Below are positions 29,802-38,742 of a DNA stretch of 64,000 nucleotides, one piece after another. Location of the stretch: NCBI GenBank assembly GCA_017630215.1, contig JAGBVR010000005.1, forward strand, positions 34,254 to 98,253, given 5' to 3'. Under the pieces are notes generated by a model that worked only from the letters and a program-made list of their open reading frames with translations, was not told the origin of the DNA and made no database searches. Positions within the stretch are counted from its first letter, which is position 1. Each line of letters starts with the position of its first letter. Both the position numbers and the translations under genes were made by a program. Source of the stretch: Bacteroidales bacterium. GTDB taxonomy: Bacteria; Bacteroidota; Bacteroidia; Bacteroidales; UBA932.

Positions 29802-30067
29802 AGGACTTACTTTCCTCCCCACTTGGAAAGGCTAAAAATGATAGTGCCGAGTGGGGTAACTGGACGGTGTGACTTGATGCAGATCTCCCGATCCAGCCAG
29901 CGGCACAGAAACTAAACTTCTGCAAAAGTAGAAGTTTTATTCTGAGAAACACTGATTTTTTTGAATTTCTTAAACAGTGGCAAAAGTGTCACTGCTGACA
30001 GAAAACATTCGCAACTAAATCCACCACAAGTACTGTACTTTCATAAATTCAAGAATCTTCCGCCCCA

Positions 30068-30274
30068 ACCTCTGAACACAGAGCACAAAATCACGTTCGT
30101 GGCTGATCTTTTCCATACTCATAGGTCTAGAGCCCAAAACCTTCGAACACACAGACCTGCGAATCATTTCCGGTAATACATTTTCCTGTGTTCCAAGGTA
30201 TCTCATGCACGACCTTCGAACACAGAGAACCATAACATAGAGAGCAAAGTTAGGATCAGTGTGTTCGAAGGTTT
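30068..30274. repeat. About 73-bp periodic array of inverted ACCTTCGAACAC motifs
   Basis: Forward motifs at about 30068, 30139 and 30212; inverted motifs at 30186 and 30259; 30137-30152 and 30259-30274 form a perfect 16-bp inverted repeat. Confidence 0.7.
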
Positions 30275-30789
30275 CAATGACACCAGGCCGTTAGACGGTA
30301 AGAATTTAGGGATAGCGAATGAATACCTTTATCAACAGCTCGAGCCTGAAATAGCCCAAACTCAACCGAGCGGTATCATATTTCTTTCAATTTCACTGAT
30401 TTATGATACCGCTTGGCAGAGTTTAGGACAAAAGTCGCCCGAGCGATATACAACCAAAAATGGATATTCGTGTGACGAGGCATCGTGGCCGGCAAATACA
30501 CCCGCCGGCCACTCCATCAAGAGTATGCAAGCTCAGCCTGAAGGCTTGCACACTCTTGGATGGTGCCTGCAGAAAGAGACCTATAGGAAACGCACAAAGG
30601 AGGCAGAGCAGCCCCTGGGCTAAGCTGCGGAGCCTGCTTTGAGCTGCCGAATCCCGTATATTTCGGCTGCGGTGCATCCTAAAGCATTTCCAAAGCACAA
30701 AATCAGCCATTTTCGTGCTTTCGGCTTACAATATGTCTAAGTTTTCAAGAACATTTCCTAATTTCGTAGATGGATAAAATTGACTTGAC

Positions 30790-32010
30790 ATGGAAATGAT
30801 CATAATCATAGCAGGAACAGCTGCAGCGGCATCAGTAATCACCTGGCTTACAACAAGAAGCTATTTCAAGGCACACCTTCAGGCTCAAGAAGAAATACAC
30901 TCGAGCCGCATCAAGGATATGGAAAAGATGGCCGCACAGGCTCAGGCCAATTACGACAAAGCACTCGCCCAGATGAAGGAGACGGTGGTGGTGAGTATGA
31001 CCGCAGAGACGGAAAAATTGCTCCGCAAAAGAGAAAAGGAACTGTCGGAAGGGAATCAGACCACGATGGACGGGATACTGAAGCCACTGAAAGAGAGCAT
31101 CAGCGCGATGGAAAAAGCGATGAAGGACAATGCATCGTCGCACCTTGAGACGACCTCCAGACTTTCGGAACAATTGAAGAATGCAGTGAGGGAAATGCAG
31201 GAGAAGACCTCCGACGTGGGACGCAAGGCGGACAGTCTTTCCGAGGCATTGACCGGCAGACCTAAGGTGCAGGGCTGCTTCGGTGAGAATTTCCTCGAAG
31301 CCATACTTGCAGGAGAGGGCCTTCAGGAAGGAAAACATTATTCGAGGGAGGCGGCCAATGAAGATCTGAGCCGTCCGGACTTCGTATTCCATTTCAAGGA
31401 AAACCTTGAACAGAAGGATCTTATAGTGGATTCCAAGGTATCGCTCACCGCTTTTGTCGATTATATGAACGCTGAAACAGAAGAAGAAAAGGCATCAGCT
31501 CTGGACAGACATCTGAAAAGTATCCGCAAGCATATAGACGAGCTGGCCCGAAAAGAATATGCCAGAAAAAACGCCCGTTCTTTCGCCGACTATGTGCTTA
31601 TGTTCATGCCACGCGACATGGCCTTCAGAGTAGCTCTGGAAGCCGACCAGATGCTCTGGCAGGAAGCATATAAAAAGGGAGTGCTGATCGTCACAGAACA
31701 GACTATAATGCCTTTCTTGAAGATAATGCAGCTGACCTGGAACAAATTCCAGCATGACACGAACACTCAGAAGATCACCCTGGCCGCCCAGAATATGATC
31801 GACCGCGTGGCCGCATTCTACGACTCCTACACCGAACTCGGCCGCAAGCTGAAATCCCTCTGCACAGAATACAATAAAGGCATCACCAAACTCCAGGACA
31901 GCGGCCAGAGCATAACCACCTCAGCCCGCCAGGTCATCTCCCTGGGCATCCGCCGCAGCAAGGGCAAGGAGTTCTCTGTACCGGAAGAAATAGTGGAAAT
32001 AGAAGATTGA
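30790..32010 (+). CDS. rmuC: DNA recombination protein RmuC
   Basis: N-terminal TM anchor, coiled coil, QGCFGE..LE.IL, RPDFV, IVDSKVSL, DYVLMFMP. Confidence 0.93.
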   Translation: MEMIIIIAGTAAAASVITWLTTRSYFKAHLQAQEEIHSSRIKDMEKMAAQAQANYDKALAQMKETVVVSMTAETEKLLRKREKELSEGNQTTMDGILKPLKESISAMEKAMKDNASSHLETTSRLSEQLKNAVREMQEKTSDVGRKADSLSEALTGRPKVQGCFGENFLEAILAGEGLQEGKHYSREAANEDLSRPDFVFHFKENLEQKDLIVDSKVSLTAFVDYMNAETEEEKASALDRHLKSIRKHIDELARKEYARKNARSFADYVLMFMPRDMAFRVALEADQMLWQEAYKKGVLIVTEQTIMPFLKIMQLTWNKFQHDTNTQKITLAAQNMIDRVAAFYDSYTELGRKLKSLCTEYNKGITKLQDSGQSITTSARQVISLGIRRSKGKEFSVPEEIVEIED

Positions 32011-32011
32011 T

Positions 32012-32581
32012 ATGGCAAAAAAGATAGAAAAGACCAACGCCGCACGCCTTCTGGACAAGGCTGGCATAAAATACGACCTGATTCCGTACGAGTTCGATGA
32101 GAATGACCTGGCTGCACAGCACGTTGCAGACAGTCTGGGTCAGAACATCAAATGCGTATTCAAGACACTTGTCCTTCACGGGGACAAGACCGGACATATA
32201 GTATGCGTGATTCCGGGAAACGGCGAAGTCGACCTGAAGGCACTTGCCAAGGTATCCGGAAACAAGAAGGTGGAGATGATCGCGATGAAGGATCTGCTGG
32301 CAGTGACGGGATATATCCGCGGAGGCTGCTCCCCTGTGGGGATGAAGAAGCGGTTCCCGACATATTTCCATAGTACGGCCAATGATTTCGAGACAATATA
32401 CGTCAGCGCCGGGGTACGCGGACTGCAATTGGCCATTTCCCCTACCGATCTGATCGGATTTGTCGGCGGCACTGTCGCTGATGTCGCCGCCTTCGAAAAA
32501 CAAGGAGAAGGCCAATTGGTTAACTCACAACGATTTACGCGTTCTGCGTGCCGCACTACGGGGAGCACGCAGAACGCGTAA
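32012..32581 (+). CDS. ybaK: Cys-tRNA(Pro) deacylase YbaK
   Basis: KTNAARLLD, VFKTLV, TGYIRGGCSPVGMKK, VSAGVRG. Confidence 0.95.
   Translation: MAKKIEKTNAARLLDKAGIKYDLIPYEFDENDLAAQHVADSLGQNIKCVFKTLVLHGDKTGHIVCVIPGNGEVDLKALAKVSGNKKVEMIAMKDLLAVTGYIRGGCSPVGMKKRFPTYFHSTANDFETIYVSAGVRGLQLAISPTDLIGFVGGTVADVAAFEKQGEGQLVNSQRFTRSACRTTGSTQNA
32535..32581. terminator. Long palindrome between convergent ybaK and PHP genes
   Basis: TTACGCGTTCTGCGTGC...GCACGCAGAACGCGTAA, perfect 17-bp arms. Confidence 0.6.
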
Positions 32582-32611
32582 TCAGTTATAATTCAGCAGA
32601 TTAACTAAAAC

Positions 32612-33661
32612 CTAAAAAGTGTAGGTCAGGTTCTTTCCATTGCCCCAGAAGCAGTTCTGAACAGAAAGCTCTCCCTGTGGAGCCTTGATCAGAACAGTCT
32701 TGCCGGCAGGGAAGACATAGAGGGCATCTCCCTGGGTCATTCTGTAGGTAATGTCCGATACATTGGTCACTTCGAGACGGTCTCCCACAGGACGGGTCTG
32801 CAACGATGCCGAAACGAGTTTTGAAAGATACTGCTGGTCGCCTACGAGATTGCCGAAGAAGAAAGCGAGTGTACGCTTTGCCTCGAGAGCCTCTCTCAAA
32901 GAAGCCTCTGTACGCTCAGTCGCAAACACGAGGGTCATCGGACGCATCCAGCCTTTTTCGCATCCATAGTCAATGGCAGTGGTGCCGTGGATGTCAGTAT
33001 TGGCCATCGGAGCGATACCGTACTGAGCATACCAGTCGAAGGTAAGCGGATAAGACTCAGTGTAGTTATAAGCCTCGTATGCATCGATCTTTCCAGCCTT
33101 GATCAGTTCGTCATGAACAGGATAGAATGTGGATTTGTTGTCCGGCCAGCCGGGATGGTTCCAGATGATATAGGCTCCCTGCGCATCTGCTATATCAATA
33201 GCCTGAAGAGGATCCTCAACATCCAGTGCATTAGAATCATTGATAAAAAGGGCATTGAGATGTCCAAGAGGCTTGCTGCGGGTGATTTCCGAACCCTTGA
33301 TGACGATAAAGCCGAGCTTATCACCCTCCTGCTTTGCTATCTTGAAAGACTCATTATGATCAGCCACAACGATAGTCTTGCGAGGACGATATTCGATGTG
33401 GTCGGTGATGGCGATTGCGTCAAGACCTTCAGTCCAGGCTTCCTGAACTCTTATCGAAGGCCACACCAGTCCGTCAGAAAAGACAGTATGGATATGGAAA
33501 TCGCATTTGAGGGTCTGGTAGCCGTCAAAACCAGGGATGGAAATCTCGGTACGGTACTGGGACTGATTGTGATGGTCATACTTATGAACATCATCATTGG
33601 AAAGCTGGGCGTTTGCCACCATTGGGGCAGCCAGCATCAGAAACACAAGAAATCTTTTCAT
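32612..33661 (-). CDS. Secreted PHP-domain phosphoesterase
   Basis: DFHIHTVFSDG, AITDH, NHPGW, NTDIH metal ligands; Sec signal peptide (ANA-Q). Confidence 0.85.
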   Translation of the reverse strand: MKRFLVFLMLAAPMVANAQLSNDDVHKYDHHNQSQYRTEISIPGFDGYQTLKCDFHIHTVFSDGLVWPSIRVQEAWTEGLDAIAITDHIEYRPRKTIVVADHNESFKIAKQEGDKLGFIVIKGSEITRSKPLGHLNALFINDSNALDVEDPLQAIDIADAQGAYIIWNHPGWPDNKSTFYPVHDELIKAGKIDAYEAYNYTESYPLTFDWYAQYGIAPMANTDIHGTTAIDYGCEKGWMRPMTLVFATERTEASLREALEAKRTLAFFFGNLVGDQQYLSKLVSASLQTRPVGDRLEVTNVSDITYRMTQGDALYVFPAGKTVLIKAPQGELSVQNCFWGNGKNLTYTF

Positions 33662-33663
33662 CG

Positions 33664-35067
33664 TTAAATATTTATACTGTTCAACAATTCCAGTTTACCG
33701 TCAGCAATCAACTTCAGAATCAGCTCTCCGAAGAGACCGTTCTGCCAAGCGAACCACTCGCGGGTGAACTTAGTCGGATCATCCACATGGAAGGACTCAT
33801 GCATGAATCCTGTACCTGCGTCGGTCTTCATAAGCATCTCGACGCACCATTTGATCTCCGCATCATCCTGACTTGTGAAAGCCTTCATCATTATGCTCAT
33901 CGGCCAGGCCATGTCGAAACCTACATGAGGGCCTCCGATGCCTTCTGCTACAGCACCCCTGAAGAAATAAGGATTGCTCTCGCTCCAGACAAAACGGCGT
34001 GTGTTCTGATAGATCGGATCGTTGATATCCACATCACCAAGGTACGGCATTGCCAGAAGGCTCGGCACATTGGCATCGTCCATAAGCAGATGATTTCCAA
34101 AGCCATCGACCTCATAAGCGTAGATTGTTCCGAACTGAGGATGCTCATATGTAGCATATTTCTTCAATGCATCTTCCACCTCGGCAGCCAGTTCCAGACA
34201 CTGATCAGCGAGGTCGGAACGGCCATTGACCCGGGTCAATATCTCAGCGGCCTTGCGAAGCGAAGTCACTGCAAAGAAGTTCGAAGGGACAAGGAACTGG
34301 AAGGTAGTGGCGTCATCCGAAGGTCGGAAGCAAGAGACAATAAGACCCACAGGATTGACCGGCGTACCCTTGCCGTAGTTCGGCAATGTGTCGTAAGCCG
34401 CGTGTGTCGTACGCTGGAAGCGGTAAGGACCGAAGCCATCCTTGCGCTGCTGCTCGCGGAAAGTCTGAAGAGTAAGTTCAATCGACTGAAGCCACACCTC
34501 CGCAAATATCGAAGAATCACCTGTGATTTTCCAATACTCATATGCCAATCGGATCGGATAGCAATGAGAGTCGATCTCCCACTTTCTTTCGTGAATACCC
34601 GGCTTCATGTCGGTAATATCCGATTTCCAGTATCCCTCCTTATCGGGTTCCTTATAGAATGCATTCGCATAAGGATCAAGGCATATACATTTGAACTGGC
34701 GGAGAATCACTCCTGCAATCAGTTTTCGCAGATCCTCATCCTCATTGATCATTGGAAGATAAGGCCAGACCTGTGCTCCCGAGTCCCTGAGCCACATGGC
34801 GGCGATGTCACCTGTATAGACAAATGTGTCATACTCCCCGACAGGATGAACAGTAGTGTCCAATGTGTTAGGAAAACAATTGGCGAACATCCACCTGAGC
34901 TTGTCGTTCGCAAGCAGGGCTGTGACTTCATTGATCTTGGCCTCGACAGCCTGGGAGACAAAAAGCCTCTCCTCAGGGGCCGGACGCTGCGATTCGTATT
35001 TTACGTTCTGGGCATTAATGGCAATTGAAGCAAATGCCAAAGCGATAATTAGAAATAAATGTTTCAT
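33664..35067 (-). CDS. GH125 family glycosidase (exo-alpha-1,6-mannosidase family)
   Basis: TGDIAAMWLRDS, ERKWEIDS, FRPSDD, MDDANVPSLL, FTREWFAW; likely start MKHLFL at 35067. Confidence 0.93.
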   Translation of the reverse strand: MKHLFLIIALAFASIAINAQNVKYESQRPAPEERLFVSQAVEAKINEVTALLANDKLRWMFANCFPNTLDTTVHPVGEYDTFVYTGDIAAMWLRDSGAQVWPYLPMINEDEDLRKLIAGVILRQFKCICLDPYANAFYKEPDKEGYWKSDITDMKPGIHERKWEIDSHCYPIRLAYEYWKITGDSSIFAEVWLQSIELTLQTFREQQRKDGFGPYRFQRTTHAAYDTLPNYGKGTPVNPVGLIVSCFRPSDDATTFQFLVPSNFFAVTSLRKAAEILTRVNGRSDLADQCLELAAEVEDALKKYATYEHPQFGTIYAYEVDGFGNHLLMDDANVPSLLAMPYLGDVDINDPIYQNTRRFVWSESNPYFFRGAVAEGIGGPHVGFDMAWPMSIMMKAFTSQDDAEIKWCVEMLMKTDAGTGFMHESFHVDDPTKFTREWFAWQNGLFGELILKLIADGKLELLNSINI

Positions 35068-35138
35068 ATTACTAAAGAAAAATGTCCCGCAATCAGCATG
35101 ATTGCAGGACAAATATAAGAAATTTACTTCAGTAAATA

Positions 35139-37295
35139 TTACTTTTTGATAAGGCGGAGTCCTCTTATCTTGAAGTCATTGATATGGTAGTCCATATTGT
35201 CTGCATCTGACTCCATCTTGAGTGTGAAGACATGATTACCCTTCGAGAGTTCGAGCTTTTCAGGAATTGTCCATCCCCAGTTATCCCATTCATTTGTGCC
35301 TCTGTGAGGGAAGATGTTGATGCCGGCCTTGACACCATCCACGTAAAGCATTCGGATACCGCAGTTATTGTCCGTATTCACAGGACCTGTACCGTTGGCA
35401 TAGTTCCATGTAAGGAACCACTGGCCGTCCTCAGGTACATTCACTGTAACATTGAACTCCGTACCGTTCTTCTTTGTAAGCATTGTCTCAGGAAGCTTGA
35501 CACTGATCTTCTCGTTGATATTGATCGGCTTGGACGGGAATGAAGGTGTTCCGTCCTGTGCTACTGCCACTACCTGGATATCACCCTTCCACTCATCCTC
35601 GATGATGATTTCTCTCGTAGATGCAAGTCCTACAAGTTCACCACCTGCATATACATTGTAGTAAACTGCGCCTTCGACAGGCTCCCAAGAGAGTCTGCCG
35701 TCTGCCATAGTTACTACCGGCATGAGCGGAGCCCAGCAGGCTGGCTGATAGTTCACGCCGAGATCTTTCTTGAAAGAGTTCGACATCTCGATTTCGACGG
35801 TATGGTGGCCTTCAAGGTTTCCTGGAACTACAGCTTCTGACATCTTCTGTCCGTCGAGTCTGAAGCTCTTGATAGTGTCTCCATAACCTGAAACTGTCAC
35901 ATCAAGGGTAGCGTTTCTGTAACGGAAATTCCTCACTGTTCTGTCAGCCTTGAGATTCTCCGGCACCACTGGAGCAAAGTTAAGCTGGTCAGCACCGAAC
36001 TCCATACCCATAAGGAGCTTGAAGGTGATGCTGATATTACCTGCAAGGCACCAGAGCATATTGCTTGAATTGATCTGGGTACCTCTCCAGTTACCTGTAT
36101 CAGCCACATAGTTCTCCTTGTTTGTAGCGTACATCATCACAGCGCGCCATACTGCACCGACTCCGTGGAGTACTCCGTGCTCGTTTCCGACCTTTGCACA
36201 AGCGTGGATCCAATAAGCCTGCACCCATGGCCATACAGCCTGGTTGTGATAAGGCGGCTGGTCGGCGATCCAAGGCCAGAACACTGGTGCACCATAATCT
36301 ACTATCGGAAGAGACTCCGAAAGTCTGGTGGCACGGTCACCCTCTGCTACGCCATAGAGAATGGCAAGAGCCTCACCCAGTGTCTCGCTCTTAGTGTAGA
36401 GAAGATCATCTGCACGGCCTCCGAGATACTGTGCATAGTATCCTTCTTCATCCATCCAGAGATGCTCGTTGATACCCTTCTTGATGCGCTCTGCCATTTC
36501 CTCGAAATACTGAGCAGTCTCGACATCGCCGAGGATACGTCCCATCTCCGCTGCAGAAGTAAGGGCAATGTAGAATACCATATTGGTACCAAGGCACTTG
36601 GTATCATAGATGTCGGCAGGCTCCATCCAGGTCGGATAGCTCTGCTCTCTCCAGTCAATGAAAGAAGACTCACCTCTTACGAGATCTGTTTCAGACTCAA
36701 ACACAGTCCTCATGTCCACTTCGAGAGATTTCTTAGCTATAGGGTAAACTGTCTTGAGCCACTCCATATCACCAGTCACCTTGTAGATCTCCCAAGCGGC
36801 ACCAACCCAGATTTCGCGGTCAGTACTGCATGGCCAGGCTCCACCAGTACCTGTATCCTGAACAATTTCTCCCTTCGAATTCACCTTGCACATAAGGCTG
36901 GTCTTTGCAGCCTCTGTCTGTATGAAGGACATACTGTGAATGATACTGTAGCTGACATCTCTTGTCCATACACCTCCCCACTCTGTTCCCGTACGGAGAG
37001 TTCCGTCAGGCTCGACAGCATTCACACTTTCATCTACTCCGATATTGTACGCAGTCTCCTCAATAAGGTACGGAGTTTCGAGGATCGGATATGTGCTCAG
37101 ATCGTTCTTCTTCTCCCAGATGTATTCCTCACCATCAAGGTTCGAAACGATCTTATAAGGAGACTCTGCTACACCGGTATACTCTCCCTGAACGATTCTG
37201 TCTGCATACATAGTGTATGAGTCGTTCTCATAAATTGGCTTTTCCTGACAAGAAGCCAGAGCCGCCAAAGGCAGTAAAAACAAAAATTTCTTCAT
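35139..37295 (-). CDS. (alpha/alpha)6 glycoside hydrolase lipoprotein (amylo-alpha-1,6-glucosidase/debranching-like) with C-terminal CBM-like domain
   Basis: WGGVWTRD, GESSFIDWREQSYP, YHNQAVWPWV; CBM35-like YANG...WDNWGW; lipobox LASC. Confidence 0.8.
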   Translation of the reverse strand: MKKFLFLLPLAALASCQEKPIYENDSYTMYADRIVQGEYTGVAESPYKIVSNLDGEEYIWEKKNDLSTYPILETPYLIEETAYNIGVDESVNAVEPDGTLRTGTEWGGVWTRDVSYSIIHSMSFIQTEAAKTSLMCKVNSKGEIVQDTGTGGAWPCSTDREIWVGAAWEIYKVTGDMEWLKTVYPIAKKSLEVDMRTVFESETDLVRGESSFIDWREQSYPTWMEPADIYDTKCLGTNMVFYIALTSAAEMGRILGDVETAQYFEEMAERIKKGINEHLWMDEEGYYAQYLGGRADDLLYTKSETLGEALAILYGVAEGDRATRLSESLPIVDYGAPVFWPWIADQPPYHNQAVWPWVQAYWIHACAKVGNEHGVLHGVGAVWRAVMMYATNKENYVADTGNWRGTQINSSNMLWCLAGNISITFKLLMGMEFGADQLNFAPVVPENLKADRTVRNFRYRNATLDVTVSGYGDTIKSFRLDGQKMSEAVVPGNLEGHHTVEIEMSNSFKKDLGVNYQPACWAPLMPVVTMADGRLSWEPVEGAVYYNVYAGGELVGLASTREIIIEDEWKGDIQVVAVAQDGTPSFPSKPININEKISVKLPETMLTKKNGTEFNVTVNVPEDGQWFLTWNYANGTGPVNTDNNCGIRMLYVDGVKAGINIFPHRGTNEWDNWGWTIPEKLELSKGNHVFTLKMESDADNMDYHINDFKIRGLRLIKK

Positions 37296-37308
37296 GATAT
37301 AGTGTTAT

Positions 37309-38742
37309 TTATTTCATCTTTTTTATGGTTTCAGCCTTGACCTTGAAGAAGTTCACATTCGGATCCGGGTCAAGAAGCCTGTACTCGTGATGATTACCCC
37401 AGCTCGCAGGGCGGTCCTTTATCTCCATACCGTCACCGGTATCATTGGAAGTCATGCCCTGTATCCTGCCGTGCCAGTCTCTGATACGGGCCACAGCTGA
37501 GTCATAATCCATAAAGCCATTCGCAGGATCGATCATCCTCATAAGCTCAGCCCTGTAGATCTCCCTGAAATCATCATACTTCAAAAGTCTCTCGATCAGG
37601 ATACCCTTATTACCCCATTTATATGGATCATGACGTCCGGAATCGGTCTGAGCACCGCATACATGGCTGGTACCCAAGGTGTTGTCATAATCATACGGGA
37701 TAAAGAAGAACTTATAGTCCCTGGAACTGTTGGAGTTGAAATAGATGTAGAAATTATTGGAATTGTTCCAATGGTCATCCCACATTCCCAATGCCACATT
37801 CACAGCATATGTCTTCAAAAGAAGTTCCACATCGCAGACTCTCTGAATCCATTTATAGAAATCCTCGTCATTGAGCTGACTGACATTCAGAATGAAGTTC
37901 TTCAGCTGCGCAGCTGCCTCCTCAAAAGTTCCTTCATTCTCCTTAAGTTCATAAGGAAAATCCTTGTCATCACTATCAGGGCCGATCTTACCCGGATCAA
38001 TGTTCCTGAAATCGGCTCCCACCACGCATTTCCAGAGATTACCCTCATCACTTCCGAATTTGGCCACTCTGCGTTTCACATAATGGTCATCGACTCTCTC
38101 AAGCATGTTGTAGACACCGAAATATGCCGGCTTCGAATCTCCCTCGACATGCACCCATACCCTGCAATAGATATCCTGAAGTCCTGTCCAGATACCTGCA
38201 CGTCGGAAAAGATCAAAGCAGAAAAGTTCCCTTACGTGGGAAGGATCTTCCTTGAACCACTTCAGATGCAGTTTGCGGATACCCTTGATAGTGTGCTCAT
38301 CGTCCTTATTGTACTTGCGGAAATTCAGTCCGAAATGGCATTTATGCCAGTCGGCCTTGTCTTTCTCGTGCATCTGGCCATGACTGCCCTCAGGACGCAC
38401 GCGGGATGTGTTGCCGCGAAGACGTAGTGCTGCATCTTCGATGTATGTAACCTCTCCACCTCTGTCGTACTTCACATTGCAATGAACATATTCCTCCGTA
38501 GCGGGATTCTTGTCATATGCCTTGAGAAGATTGTTCCACTGCTCTACAGAGACTTCTATGGTGATTTCCGGAATATATGTATCATCCCAGACATATTGCA
38601 CACCTTCGTCCCAGACAATATCTGTATTCACCTCCGGCTCTGGTTCAGGCTGCTGCTGAGGAGGTGTCTCCGGCTCAGGCTTGTCTGTACAAGCCAGCAT
38701 AGCAATAGCGGTCAATCCGCACAATAAGTACTTTACGTTCAT
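37309..38742 (-). CDS. CotH-family kinase lipoprotein
   Basis: LRGNTSR, KLHLK...DPSHVRE, GVYNMLERVD, WDDHWNNSNNFYIY, IPYDYDNTLG; lipobox MLAC. Confidence 0.85.
   Translation of the reverse strand: MNVKYLLCGLTAIAMLACTDKPEPETPPQQQPEPEPEVNTDIVWDEGVQYVWDDTYIPEITIEVSVEQWNNLLKAYDKNPATEEYVHCNVKYDRGGEVTYIEDAALRLRGNTSRVRPEGSHGQMHEKDKADWHKCHFGLNFRKYNKDDEHTIKGIRKLHLKWFKEDPSHVRELFCFDLFRRAGIWTGLQDIYCRVWVHVEGDSKPAYFGVYNMLERVDDHYVKRRVAKFGSDEGNLWKCVVGADFRNIDPGKIGPDSDDKDFPYELKENEGTFEEAAAQLKNFILNVSQLNDEDFYKWIQRVCDVELLLKTYAVNVALGMWDDHWNNSNNFYIYFNSNSSRDYKFFFIPYDYDNTLGTSHVCGAQTDSGRHDPYKWGNKGILIERLLKYDDFREIYRAELMRMIDPANGFMDYDSAVARIRDWHGRIQGMTSNDTGDGMEIKDRPASWGNHHEYRLLDPDPNVNFFKVKAETIKKMK

Noticed and set aside
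29961-30710. Short ORFs in the intergenic region before rmuC
   Set aside because: They overlap repeats and hairpins, and lack typical starts and protein-like composition.
27314-30789. Local DGR template repeat or reverse transcriptase
   Set aside because: No AAC-rich copy of the VR was seen in the flanks, and no ORF in the window has RT motifs.
33613-35028. 471-aa plus-strand ORF (also 4806-5870, 36165-37220, 37630-38427, 57746-58444)
   Set aside because: Antisense shadows of well-supported minus-strand genes; no recognisable motifs.
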